NCBI GenBank assembly: GCA_963674745.2
Contig: CAXXDV010000003.1
Span: forward strand, 1,856,001-1,920,000
Length of the DNA: 64,000 nucleotides
Source of the DNA: Desulfosudaceae bacterium
Lineage (GTDB): Bacteria; Desulfobacterota; Desulfobacteria; Desulfobacterales; Desulfosudaceae
Reading direction: 5' to 3'
Part shown: piece by piece, positions 34,185-44,097 of the stretch
How the letters are laid out: the number at the start of each line of letters is the position of its first letter
How positions within the stretch are numbered: position 1 is the first letter of the stretch
The notes under the pieces: generated by a model
Told to the model about the DNA's origin: nothing
Database searches by the model: none
Seen by the model: only the letters and a program-made list of their open reading frames with translations
Program-made: the position numbers and the translations under genes

Positions 34185-35702
34185 TCAGGGATTGATAAAT
34201 GGCCGTTTGAGCATTTTTTCATAAAGGTCGATATAGTGCTGCGCGGTGACTGAATGGTTAAAAGCGGCCATGCTTTCGGTCATAATCCGGGAGATGATGT
34301 CTTTTTTCGTCTTCTGGGGAAGATGAAAAAAATGGATGGCCTGATCGATCGCCCACATCAATCCACCGCTGTCGTGTATATTGAACAAAAAGCCGTTACC
34401 GGTATCACGCTTTATATCCAGTGCCTCGACTGTATCATGAATACCGCCGGTGTCATGGGCGATGGGAAGGGCGCCGTACATGGGGGCGATCATCTGGGGC
34501 AGGCCGCAGGGTTCAAAAGCCGAAGGCATCAACATGAAATCAGCGGCACCGTAAGCCAGCCGGGCCAGCTGCTCATCAAAATCACAGACCGCAACTCGAT
34601 TTCCCAGGTTGAAATGCGAAACGGTCTGTCTCAGGTAGGGCTGGAACTCTCCGTTGGCCACAAACACGATCTGCATGGGCTGTTCCCAGTATTTGGAAAC
34701 AACCTCGTAAAGAACATGGGTCATCAGGGAACTGCCCTTTTGAATCCGGTCCAGCCGTGAGGGCCAGAAGAAAAGCGGGGCATGCGGATTTTCAATCAGC
34801 CCCAGCTGCTGTTGCAGGTGTTGCTTGTTCTTTTTCTTGCCTTTGACATGGGTCCGGGCGTCATAGGTGCAGGCCAGATCCGGGTCACGGGATGGGTCAA
34901 ACGAAGGGTCCGGGCTGTTTAATATACCGGCGGCACAACCGGCATACCATTTACTGGCCAGCTCCTGCTGAATGGAAGGTTCCACGAACGGATGACGGCC
35001 ATTAACGATTTCAGACAGAAACGTCGGACTGACGGTATTGACAAAATGAGCCGCAAAAATACCACTGGTAAGAAAATCCACCGGATTATTGTCCCGGCTT
35101 TCTTCGTAATTCTGGGGCGGCCGGGAGAAAAACAGATGATTCCAGAAGGATGCGGCGTCAATACCCCGATCTTCAATCTCAGCCATGGTCCGTTTAACGG
35201 TAAAAATATTATGTATCGTAAACAGGCAGGGAATCTCCAGCGCCCGGGCCATGGCCGGTATCAGCCCGGTCATCCAGTCGTTGCAGTGGATCAGATCCGG
35301 TTTCACAATCGGAACAATATTGTTGATCACCTCACGCTGAAAGGCCAGGGCTATCTTTATATTTTCCCAGGAATAACTTGAATAAACCGCGTCCATGTAA
35401 AAAAAGGCCCTGTCCCGGGCCAGGTGAATGCGGTCTTCGGGCATCTTGTTCCTGATATGCTTGTATTCCTTGATCAACACCGGGTCGGCATTACCATCAA
35501 AAATAGTGCGGTAATCCGGCATGGCCACATGCACGTCACCACCATGTTTGAACAGCGCGCTGATCAGCGCCGCCGAGACATCGGCCAGGCCTCCGGCCTT
35601 GGCGGCCAGGTTATTGGCAATGTTACCCATGCCTTCCGGAAGATAGGTCACTTCCGGTGTAACCACCAGCACCCGCGGTTTCTTATCGGACTTATCCGGC
35701 AT
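34185..35702 (-). CDS. glgA: Glycogen/starch synthase (GT5)
   Basis: KAGGLADV, IHCNDW, TIHN, NTVSP, PSAFEPCGL and TGGIHDTV motifs. Confidence 0.9.
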   Translation of the reverse strand: MPDKSDKKPRVLVVTPEVTYLPEGMGNIANNLAAKAGGLADVSAALISALFKHGGDVHVAMPDYRTIFDGNADPVLIKEYKHIRNKMPEDRIHLARDRAFFYMDAVYSSYSWENIKIALAFQREVINNIVPIVKPDLIHCNDWMTGLIPAMARALEIPCLFTIHNIFTVKRTMAEIEDRGIDAASFWNHLFFSRPPQNYEESRDNNPVDFLTSGIFAAHFVNTVSPTFLSEIVNGRHPFVEPSIQQELASKWYAGCAAGILNSPDPSFDPSRDPDLACTYDARTHVKGKKKNKQHLQQQLGLIENPHAPLFFWPSRLDRIQKGSSLMTHVLYEVVSKYWEQPMQIVFVANGEFQPYLRQTVSHFNLGNRVAVCDFDEQLARLAYGAADFMLMPSAFEPCGLPQMIAPMYGALPIAHDTGGIHDTVEALDIKRDTGNGFLFNIHDSGGLMWAIDQAIHFFHLPQKTKKDIISRIMTESMAAFNHSVTAQHYIDLYEKMLKRPFINP

Positions 35703-35829
35703 TAAAAAAATCCCCTCCTCAACAACTTAAACCCCAAGCTGATAACCACCTGAAGCCCTAAAACCCATGTCTCAACCCCTGAGCCCTGCCCCGCATTGCG
35801 GCCTCGCCACACCTCAAACCCCGGCCACA

Positions 35830-35908
35830 TAATCACTTAAACACTTAATCACCTAACCACCAGGGACCTAAAACCTTAACACCCTGAAACGTAAAACCTT
35901 GAACATTT
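35830..35908. repeat. 8-bp tandem repeats (TAAHCACY then TAAAACCT types)
   Basis: TAATCACT TAAACACT TAATCACC TAACCACC ... TAAAACCT TAACACCC, between glgP and glgA. Confidence 0.75.
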
Positions 35909-35972
35909 GACTGGAGATCGACCAAAAACCGACACATGGATTTTTGAAAGAAATCCGGGCAGAAAAGAAAAA

Positions 35973-38528
35973 TCACGCCCAGGTCATCAAACCGGGTGTA
36001 TAACGAATATAATCATCCCCCCGGGGCGTTACCCTGACCGTAAAACCGAAACGGCCCGGCAGGTGGCAAGGCAGATCACACGCATACTTATAGTTCCCGT
36101 TTCCCTGATCTTCTTCAACCGTCATCGGCTCAACACGGCCATTGGCAATCTGCTCGACCGATCTGACCGCACCATAATATAGCTCTACATTCACATCTTC
36201 AGGTTTAAGGTTTCCCAGCTGGACGGTTGTTTCTATTTTAAAAGACTGCCCGACCCTGAAGGGGCCGTTCATTTTCCGCTTGGGCTGTTCGATTGAAATA
36301 TGCTGCCAGTGATTGCGCAGTCGCTCGTGAAAATCTCTCAGGTTCACCGCCACGGCGGCCTTGTCCCGTGTCAATTCCTCGTAACGGTTTCTGGCCGGCA
36401 TATAAAACATGCTGTTATAAGCATCAACCATATGGTGAGCGCAAAAACGTATCATGGCCATTTTCATGGAGGCTTTCATCCGTTTGAGCCACTGAACCGG
36501 CAAGCCGCCGCCTTCCCGCTCATAAAAACAGGGGATGACATCGTTTTCCAGTATATTATACAGCGCCTGGCTTTCCACGGCATCCTGATAATTGTGGTCA
36601 CCGTATTCTTCGCCATCGCCGATGGCCCAGCCGGTTTCCGGTGAATACCCCTCAACCCACCAGCCATCCAGAACACTGAAATTCAACACACCGTTGGCCG
36701 CGGCTTTCATGCCGGAAGTACCGCAGGCCTCGAACGGCCGTCGGGGTGTATTCAACCAGACATCCGCCCCCTGAACCAGGTGCCGGGCGATATTGATGTC
36801 ATAATCTTCCAGAAAGATCACCCGATGGCGGAATTCAGGATGTTTCGCGATTTTGACGATCTGTTGAATCAAGGCTTTTCCTTCGTCATCCCGGGGATGC
36901 GCCTTGCCGGAAAAGATGAACTGAACCGGATGTTCCCTGGATCTTAACATCGCCTCCAGACGCTCCATGTCCCTCAGCAACAGTGTCGCCCGTTTATAGG
37001 TCGCAAACCGCCTGGCAAAGGCAATGGTCAGCACGCCCTGGTCCAGCACCGACTCCGCCTCTTTCATGACGGATTTTGGTGCGTTACGACGACCGTACTG
37101 CATGACCATCAATCTCCGGCAGGAACGGATCAGACGGGTCCGGCTCATCTCATGGGCCCGCCACAGCTCTTCATCATAAATATCGTCAATACGTTCGAAA
37201 AGATCATTATCGTGCGAGCCTGAAGACCACTCCGGACCAAGATATCGCTCAAAAAGCTGGCTGTTCTCTATGGAGATCCAGGACGGGATATGAGCGCCGT
37301 TGGTAATATGAGAAATAGGAATTTCCTGTTCCGGCCATCTGGGCCAGACATGGGCCCACATGCGTCGGGCCACACTGCCATGCAGGGCACTGACCCCGTT
37401 CCGATACTGGGCCAGGTGCAATCCCAGGACAAACATGGAAAAGGGACTGTCCGTCGAAGTGTTGTCAATCTGGCCCCATCCCAGCAACGATTCAGCGGAA
37501 ATCCCAAACGCCTTTACATACGGCGCCAGGTAAGGTCTGACAGTATCCGGTGGAAATTCGTCGTGACCCGCCGGAACCGGTGTGTGGGTGGTGAATATGG
37601 TTGTCCTGGCATTAATCTCTATTGCGGTTTTTAAATCCACCTGATGCTGAGCCATAATCTGCCTCAAGCGCTCAAGCGTGGCAAACGAACAATGCCCCTC
37701 GTTCATGTGGCACACTTTGGGATTAATGCCCAGCGTTTCCATCAGCAGCATGCCGCCGATACCGAGGATGACTTCCTGGGCCAGACGGACCTTGCCGGTG
37801 GAACGGTAGAGACGGGAATTAATATCCCGGATTTCCTGGTGATTCTCCTGCAGATTCGTGTCGAGCAGATAAAGCGGCACGCGCCCGACTTTCAACCGCC
37901 AGGCTACCAGTTTAATTTCCCCATCCGGACCGGGAATGGACAGTTTTACCTCGTTTCCATTTTTGTCCAGAACCCGTCTCATGGGGAGATGAAAAATATC
38001 GATATCAGGATAACTCTCCTGCTGCCAACCTTCATGATTCAAAAACTGATGAAAATAACCACTGCGATAAAACAGGCCGATACCGATAATGGGCAATTTC
38101 ATGTCGGAGGCGGCTTTCAAATGGTCCCCCGCCAGGATGCCGAGCCCGCCGGCAAACTGCGGCAGGCTTTCGTGAATGCCGAATTCCATGGAAAAATAAG
38201 CGACAGCGTCTTTCTCCAGTCGCTGCTCATCGCTCATCGACGCATCCACCGGATCCAGCACATGCTTTTGAAACAGTTCCTGAACGCTTTCCAGATGGGC
38301 CAGGAAACCTTCGTCTTCGGAAAGCTCACGCAATCGTTCCGGTGTAATCATGGTGGAAAATACAATGGGATTACGACCGGAGGCATCCCATAGCCTGGGG
38401 TCGATGCGTCGAAAAAGATCGATGGCATCCATGTTCCAGCACCACCAGAGGTTTCTGGCCAGGACCTCAAGAAACTTCAACGACCGGGGTACATCAGGAA
38501 ATACTTGAAACGTCTGCAAAAAGGTCAT
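35973..38528 (-). CDS. glgP: Alpha-glucan (glycogen) phosphorylase
   Basis: YFSMEFG, GGLGILAGD, HMNEGH, FARRFATYKRA and EACGTSGMKA motifs. Confidence 0.95.
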   Translation of the reverse strand: MTFLQTFQVFPDVPRSLKFLEVLARNLWWCWNMDAIDLFRRIDPRLWDASGRNPIVFSTMITPERLRELSEDEGFLAHLESVQELFQKHVLDPVDASMSDEQRLEKDAVAYFSMEFGIHESLPQFAGGLGILAGDHLKAASDMKLPIIGIGLFYRSGYFHQFLNHEGWQQESYPDIDIFHLPMRRVLDKNGNEVKLSIPGPDGEIKLVAWRLKVGRVPLYLLDTNLQENHQEIRDINSRLYRSTGKVRLAQEVILGIGGMLLMETLGINPKVCHMNEGHCSFATLERLRQIMAQHQVDLKTAIEINARTTIFTTHTPVPAGHDEFPPDTVRPYLAPYVKAFGISAESLLGWGQIDNTSTDSPFSMFVLGLHLAQYRNGVSALHGSVARRMWAHVWPRWPEQEIPISHITNGAHIPSWISIENSQLFERYLGPEWSSGSHDNDLFERIDDIYDEELWRAHEMSRTRLIRSCRRLMVMQYGRRNAPKSVMKEAESVLDQGVLTIAFARRFATYKRATLLLRDMERLEAMLRSREHPVQFIFSGKAHPRDDEGKALIQQIVKIAKHPEFRHRVIFLEDYDINIARHLVQGADVWLNTPRRPFEACGTSGMKAAANGVLNFSVLDGWWVEGYSPETGWAIGDGEEYGDHNYQDAVESQALYNILENDVIPCFYEREGGGLPVQWLKRMKASMKMAMIRFCAHHMVDAYNSMFYMPARNRYEELTRDKAAVAVNLRDFHERLRNHWQHISIEQPKRKMNGPFRVGQSFKIETTVQLGNLKPEDVNVELYYGAVRSVEQIANGRVEPMTVEEDQGNGNYKYACDLPCHLPGRFGFTVRVTPRGDDYIRYTPGLMTWA

Positions 38529-38552
38529 AATCTCACTTCCTAAAAAAACATT

Positions 38553-38861
38553 TTAGACAATAATAACGGAATTTTCGCAATTCCCGTACTCACTTCGAAC
38601 ATATTTATCAGCTTCCCAGTCATTTTCCCATATTTTTTCATCCATCAGGTAACGAAATTGATATTCCCGGTTTGGTTCCAGATCAATGGTAACGGTAAAC
38701 TCACCACTTTTTAAAGGTTTCATGGGAGTATCCATGATACTCCAGTTATTAAAGTCCCCAACGATATTGATGGCATTGGCTCCATTTGACTCTTTTTCAG
38801 AAACCCTGAACGTTACCTTACATACCTGGTTTTTTTTAACGTACTTTTTCTTAAAGCTCAT
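38553..38861 (-). CDS. Stand-alone CBM48/isoamylase early-set domain protein
   Basis: CKVTF, IVGDFNNW, YQFRYL...WEND and NSVI motifs. Confidence 0.9.
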   Translation of the reverse strand: MSFKKKYVKKNQVCKVTFRVSEKESNGANAINIVGDFNNWSIMDTPMKPLKSGEFTVTIDLEPNREYQFRYLMDEKIWENDWEADKYVRSEYGNCENSVIIV

Positions 38862-38945
38862 AACGCCCTCCTCCAGAAAGATGATTATTAATGTGCACCT
38901 TTTTCAACAGCACCGGTTTGCGCTCCGTTGGCCTTAACATGTATA

Positions 38946-38961
38946 TGCAAATATGATGCCA
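38946..38961 (-). promoter_or_regulatory. Putative sigma54 (-24/-12) promoter for CBM48-glgP
   Basis: Minus strand TGGCATCATATTTGCA with exact GG-N10-GC spacing, 85 nt before the CBM48 start; AT-rich tract upstream. Confidence 0.7.
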
Positions 38962-39179
38962 CTACGCCCCACCCACATTAATAATTTTAATAAACAATAA
39001 CAAACGGTTATAAACAATAAGCGGTTTTCGAGCCGTTCGTCACCTGATGCCTGCTGGAATATTTTACAGCATGTCGAAACCGGTTTCACCGGACTGAAGG
39101 GGAAAATATTATCCGATCATTATTAAGAAATCGTTAGGGAGAGTATAACAGTATATTAAATTTTTTCAAGAGTAATGAA

Positions 39180-42100
39180 TCATGTTTTTTTTAACTGTTC
39201 CCAGACCCGGCACCACTCACTCAAACCCCAGGCCTGGGCGTCACATCCCCTTGGTGTATGCGGAAAATCACCGTCGAGGATTTCAGGCAAATGACCGGTA
39301 CAGCCGTGAGCCATCAGGTCCACACTGGCGGCCAGCATAGAACGGGCGGTCTGTTTTCCCCGGGTACCATAGATCATGGCCCAGGCTTCACAGTAGAGCG
39401 GATACATCCAGGTCCAGGCCGTGCCGTTATGATAAGCGGGTTTCCGGCTGGTGTCCTCGTCTCCAAGGTATTTTCCCTGATAGGGCTGGTGAGGATTGTT
39501 GAGCACGCGCCCATTATGCATAATGGTTAACGGATATTTGACCGGTCTGTTCGCCAGGCTCCGAATAGCCCCGGGAACCAGAAGCATATTGCAGGCGTCC
39601 AGGACGGCCCTGCCGATTGTCTTATCGGACACGGCACCCAGCGTGACGGCCAGCAGCTGATTAGGCCGAAGGGCGTCGTCCGTCGTGGCCTGCAGAGCGG
39701 ATTGTCCCGGTTCGGCATGAAGACAATCCGCCAGATATCCATTTTCCAGTATAAACAAAGATGCGATAGACGCCCGGACCCGTTCCGCCATTTCGCGCCA
39801 CTGCCCCCCCTCGCCGCGTTCCATCCCGGACAGCAGGTTCAGGGCCGCATACCACAGGGCCTGAATCTCGATGCAATAGCCCTGGCGGGGCGTACAGGCC
39901 GGATGGTCAGTATCCATCCAGGTAAAATGTCCGGGGCTGAAAACCAGCCCGGAGGCCTTGTCCACGCGAATATGATTGTAGGTTCCCTGAATGTATGAGG
40001 CCGCAATGGATATCAGAATTTCCCTGATCGTTCTATCACCGCATTTTTCATGAAGAAAGGCGGCTGACTGCTCTAACCGGATCATGTCCGCGCAGGCCGT
40101 AAAAAACCATAACGGGGCGTCGGACGTATCCCGGTTCCGGGCATCGTCACCCACGATCATGTTCGGCAGGGTACCGTCCTTTTCAAAACGGCCGAACTGC
40201 TTTATCACCTTTCGCGCTTCGGTGGTCAATCCTGCCGCGATTAACCCCCTTACGGCGATCAGCGAATCCCGGCCCCAGTCCAGAAACCAGGGGTATCCGG
40301 CAATGACGGATTTAAGGTCACCGCGGTCGACGACATACTTCAACAGGTTGGCATGCAGGACGGCGGTCAACCCCGCCTCTTCGGCCGGTTCCTGAACAGC
40401 GGATGCCGATTCGAAAAACCGCTCTTTTATGTAAACCGGCGCTTCTGTTTCGTTGACAACGGCATCCAGATGAATCGTCTGCCCGCCTTTTAAAAATATG
40501 GAAAAATATCCGGGGCTGAAAAGATCAGAAGCGGCCTCCATGCCGCGTTCGGCTTCAAGCGGACGATGCACCATATACAACCATTCCGGCTCCCGGACAA
40601 ATCTGCCGGAACTCACGGCCAGTCGAAGCCGTCGGGAGGGGTCGGGTGAAAAAACAAAAGCGGCCGGTTCCTGCACAACGGCCTGGGGCCAGGCATATTC
40701 AGGGCCGGTATAGGCCTTGGTTAAAAAATGAAAATTCCTGTCTTCGATGTCCGGCCTGAGAATCAGCTGGACATCAAGATCGTCGTCCAGCCCCCGGGTG
40801 GTTCCATCCATGGGTTTTCTAAAAAAACTGATCCGGACGGCATTTTGATTCTGCGCCATGCAAATGCCGGCCATCAGATCGATCCACTCCCCCTGCCCGG
40901 TCGGTATCTGATAATGCCAGACGCCGTATCCATCTTCGACCCGGAACGCATCCAGACAATCAAAACAGATTTCCTGGGAAAACCCCTGGTATACCGTCCA
41001 GGCCCGGCACCTGGTAAACATAATCCAGCGATCTTCGGGAAATAGGGGATTCAGGTTCGCCGCCAGCAAGGCGTCATATTTGCTGTCAAGTTCGCCCCAC
41101 AGGACGTTGGCCCGCAGCATTCCGCCCACATGATTGGTGTCCAGCAGCAGCGGGGAAAACCGACTCACATCATTGCGGCTATATTCAGACTTGAGATTGA
41201 TATGATCCGGATCAGGCAAAAAGTATAGCGGCGCCCGGTGATGGCCTGACGCGCCATCATTGTAAGAAACCAGTTCCAGCGTCAGATGGCAGCCGGCAGC
41301 AGGCATGTCGGGGGGTAAAAATAAAATAAAAGAGCCGCCGTCGGCAGCCGGCAGGCTTTCCTCGCTGATGATCACCCGGTCATTGCCATCGGAAATATCA
41401 ACAATCAAAGCACGAAAAAACATGGGCGTGCGCACCATCAGAAAATGCCCGCGCGGAATCATGACTTCACGTTTTAAATCATGGGGCCAATGCCAGGTAA
41501 TGACACGACTTTCTTCATCGGCAGAGGCAAAAGAGCGGCAGAAGTCGACGGGATCGTCCCGGAACCGGCCGGCCGCGCCCTCAACATCAAAACCATCAAC
41601 GTCAACCGTTCCATGGTAATGGCAGAAAACCGCCATGGCCTTGGCCCGCAGGCGCTGCCGCAACAGTCGATCGGGCAGCATCAGGCGATCTTCGGAAACG
41701 TTAAACAGATCAAGGTCTGCCCTGTCTGTTGACAGGCAGTAAACCTGGCCTGGCGCCAGATCGCAGCCGGCGGTATTATCAACCGGGCTGGCCGTCATTT
41801 CGCGGCCGGTTAACAGATCAATATAATCAAACCGGTTTATATCGGGAGGCACGATCCAGGATGCGCGACCCGGCTGTTCATCATCGAGGTTAATCACAAT
41901 GATAAGTTTTTTCCCGGTCGGCTGATGATGTCTGAGCAGAACAAGATGATTTCCCTCACCGGTTTGAATCATCCGCAATAAGACGGCATCAAAGAAACAG
42001 GGATGGTTTTTAAGCAGGACCGTCAACCGGCGGATGAAATCCACCTGGTTTTCCGGCGCACCCCAATTTAACGAGGGTGATTCATGAACATCAATTTTTT

Positions 42101-43469
42101 CGGCGGCAAACCATTCTACGCCATTGGTAAAACCGAAACCGCCATAGTAAGAGCTTAAGGCGCAAAGCGCGGTCCGCATCATGGCATAATCCATGGAGCG
42201 TGCGGCCAGGCGGTTATTGTCGTGGGTTTCTGAAAAATGAACGGTCAGGCCGTCACTAGCCGATATAGCCATGGTTTCCGGCAGGTAGTGTTCAATCTGG
42301 CCGCGGCTGTAATTCTGAAACAGTTCGGAATAGGCCCAGTTGAAATTGGCCCGGTTCAAAATATCGCGGGTAACGGAAATCTTTCCCCCCAACCCTTCCA
42401 GAAAAAAAATAGCGCCCGGAAACTGCTGCCGGACAATGGCCACGATATAGGTCCAGGCCGGGACAGGTATCATGTACCCGGCGTCACACCTGAAGCCATC
42501 CACGCCCCGACGACACCATGTCAGAAAAACACGGGCAATATAAAGCCAGAGTTCTTTCTTGGCATAATCAAGGCTGGTCAGATCCATCCATTTCACGCCC
42601 CAGGCGCCCGGCACCTGGATTTCACCGTCATCATCCCTGACCAGCCAGTGGGGATGGGTTTCATGGAGATTGGCGGCCCAGCCCATATGGTTGACGGCGA
42701 TATCAAGTATGATTCTGGCGTGACGGGCGTGAACAGCATCCACCAGTTCGGCAAACTGTTCCAGCGGAGTTTTGGTGGGGTCAAATTCGGCCAGGGCGGG
42801 ATCCACACCGGTAAAATTCAAGGCCGCGTAGGGGCTGCCGAATCGGCCCATACGGCCATAGGTCGTCGGGGTGGGGTGGATGGGCAGCAGATGAATGTAA
42901 CGGCAGCCCAATCGATTGATGATGAAATCCAGTTCCTTGATAAGATCACGAAAGGTACCGGATCGGGGGATGACGGAATATTCCCGGGCATCGAGCCTGT
43001 TGAGGCATTCCGATTCTTCCGGTGTCAGCCGGTATTCACCGGCCTTATTGGGCCCGAACTGTCGCACAAAAGCGTTATAAACAATGTTGGCGCAACAGGT
43101 GTCGGCCGGTTCAACATTGATCACCACATTGGGGCCCTCGGGCCAGGAGGGCCGAATGGCCCCTTTTTCCATAAAAAAACATTTGGCCTCGAAATGACCG
43201 ACCTGAACCAGCGGAATGGTGACTTCAAACCGGTCATCTGCAACCCGCCGCATGGGGATATCAAACCACTCCTCACCCAGTGAAGGAATATCATCTTCGA
43301 CACTTCGAATAATGCTTTCCCGGATCAAATCCACATGACCGATATTGGTCCGCAACCAGGCATACCCGGCAGGTTGCTTTGAAACCGTGATGAAAAAAAC
43401 AACCGTGTCTCCCTGAAATCGGATCATCCGTTTGCCGGGGGACGGGGTTTGGGAAATAGTGTATGTCAT
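39180..43469 (-). CDS. Bifunctional glycogen debranching enzyme (GH13 domain + amylo-alpha-1,6-glucosidase GH133-like domain)
   Basis: N-half DGFRCDAG / FLEGLG / ETHDN catalytic triad. C-half IAGYPWFLDWGRD, TWMDT, YHNGTAW and GCDAQAW. Confidence 0.88.
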   Translation of the reverse strand: MTYTISQTPSPGKRMIRFQGDTVVFFITVSKQPAGYAWLRTNIGHVDLIRESIIRSVEDDIPSLGEEWFDIPMRRVADDRFEVTIPLVQVGHFEAKCFFMEKGAIRPSWPEGPNVVINVEPADTCCANIVYNAFVRQFGPNKAGEYRLTPEESECLNRLDAREYSVIPRSGTFRDLIKELDFIINRLGCRYIHLLPIHPTPTTYGRMGRFGSPYAALNFTGVDPALAEFDPTKTPLEQFAELVDAVHARHARIILDIAVNHMGWAANLHETHPHWLVRDDDGEIQVPGAWGVKWMDLTSLDYAKKELWLYIARVFLTWCRRGVDGFRCDAGYMIPVPAWTYIVAIVRQQFPGAIFFLEGLGGKISVTRDILNRANFNWAYSELFQNYSRGQIEHYLPETMAISASDGLTVHFSETHDNNRLAARSMDYAMMRTALCALSSYYGGFGFTNGVEWFAAEKIDVHESPSLNWGAPENQVDFIRRLTVLLKNHPCFFDAVLLRMIQTGEGNHLVLLRHHQPTGKKLIIVINLDDEQPGRASWIVPPDINRFDYIDLLTGREMTASPVDNTAGCDLAPGQVYCLSTDRADLDLFNVSEDRLMLPDRLLRQRLRAKAMAVFCHYHGTVDVDGFDVEGAAGRFRDDPVDFCRSFASADEESRVITWHWPHDLKREVMIPRGHFLMVRTPMFFRALIVDISDGNDRVIISEESLPAADGGSFILFLPPDMPAAGCHLTLELVSYNDGASGHHRAPLYFLPDPDHINLKSEYSRNDVSRFSPLLLDTNHVGGMLRANVLWGELDSKYDALLAANLNPLFPEDRWIMFTRCRAWTVYQGFSQEICFDCLDAFRVEDGYGVWHYQIPTGQGEWIDLMAGICMAQNQNAVRISFFRKPMDGTTRGLDDDLDVQLILRPDIEDRNFHFLTKAYTGPEYAWPQAVVQEPAAFVFSPDPSRRLRLAVSSGRFVREPEWLYMVHRPLEAERGMEAASDLFSPGYFSIFLKGGQTIHLDAVVNETEAPVYIKERFFESASAVQEPAEEAGLTAVLHANLLKYVVDRGDLKSVIAGYPWFLDWGRDSLIAVRGLIAAGLTTEARKVIKQFGRFEKDGTLPNMIVGDDARNRDTSDAPLWFFTACADMIRLEQSAAFLHEKCGDRTIREILISIAASYIQGTYNHIRVDKASGLVFSPGHFTWMDTDHPACTPRQGYCIEIQALWYAALNLLSGMERGEGGQWREMAERVRASIASLFILENGYLADCLHAEPGQSALQATTDDALRPNQLLAVTLGAVSDKTIGRAVLDACNMLLVPGAIRSLANRPVKYPLTIMHNGRVLNNPHQPYQGKYLGDEDTSRKPAYHNGTAWTWMYPLYCEAWAMIYGTRGKQTARSMLAASVDLMAHGCTGHLPEILDGDFPHTPRGCDAQAWGLSEWCRVWEQLKKT

Positions 43470-43524
43470 TTGTACTAATACCTGTTTTTATCTGATAAGA
43501 TATTCTGTTATTCAATTTTTAAAA

Positions 43525-43564
43525 GGGTTCAAGGGGCCGAGGATTCAAGGGTTCAAGGGGTTAT
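43525..43564 (+). repeat. 8-bp tandem repeat (GGGTTCAA type), 5 units
   Basis: GGGTTCAA GGGGCCGA GGATTCAA GGGTTCAA GGGGTTAT. Confidence 0.75.
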
Positions 43565-43573
43565 GGTTTGGGC

Positions 43574-43750
43574 TTAATCGGCCTTTTTGTATATATTTGA
43601 AAGTAATTTTATAAATTCGTCAATATCAGAATTTGATGAAACGGATTGCATGGGATAAAAACCAATGACCAGTTCACCACCATACACATTCCCCATGGTG
43701 ATAAATGGAATCAAAATATATAAAAAGAAAAGCACAACCTTCTTAAGCAT
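43574..43750 (-). pseudogene. 58-aa AT-rich ORF, probable N-terminal remnant of an exported (substrate-binding-like) protein
   Basis: Hand translation MLKKVVLFFLYILIPFITMGNVYGGELVIGFYPMQSVSSNSDIDEFIKLLSNIYKKAD*; signal-peptide-like start; flanked by octamer repeats. Confidence 0.45.
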
Positions 43751-43868
43751 TTCTCATAGCCTCTACCAAAGTCCATAACACCTAAAACGCTAAAACCCTA
43801 AAACCCACCTCTTTTAACGACGCCTGCCATTTCCCGGTCCGGTCCCGCGCCAAGCCCGGTTGGCACGC

Positions 43869-43980
43869 TAACCACATAACCACATAACCACATAACCACT
43901 TAATCACTTAATCACTTAATCACATAACCACTTAATCACCTAATCACTTAATCACTTAATCACTTAATCACATAATCACA
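43869..43980. repeat. 8-bp tandem repeat TAAYCACH, 14 units
   Basis: Fourteen in-phase units (TAACCACA x3, TAACCACT, TAATCACT...), with no spacers. Confidence 0.95.
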
Positions 43981-44097
43981 TAAAAACATTATACCTTCTG
44001 ATGCGCCCCCAAAAGACCGATTGCAGTACGAATAAATTTTGACACGGATGTGGCGCGACATCGGGATTGGATTTTTCTACCAGGCCGTCAAATTGAA

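Noticed and set aside
43861..43876. TGGCAC as a sigma54 promoter
   Set aside because: The -12 TTGC element is missing and no plus-strand gene follows.
43783..43980. Octamer arrays as CRISPR or telomere-like repeats (TAAAACCC is the complement of GGGTTTTA)
   Set aside because: There are no spacers, only two exact TAAAACCC units, and the location is internal; the resemblance is probably coincidental.
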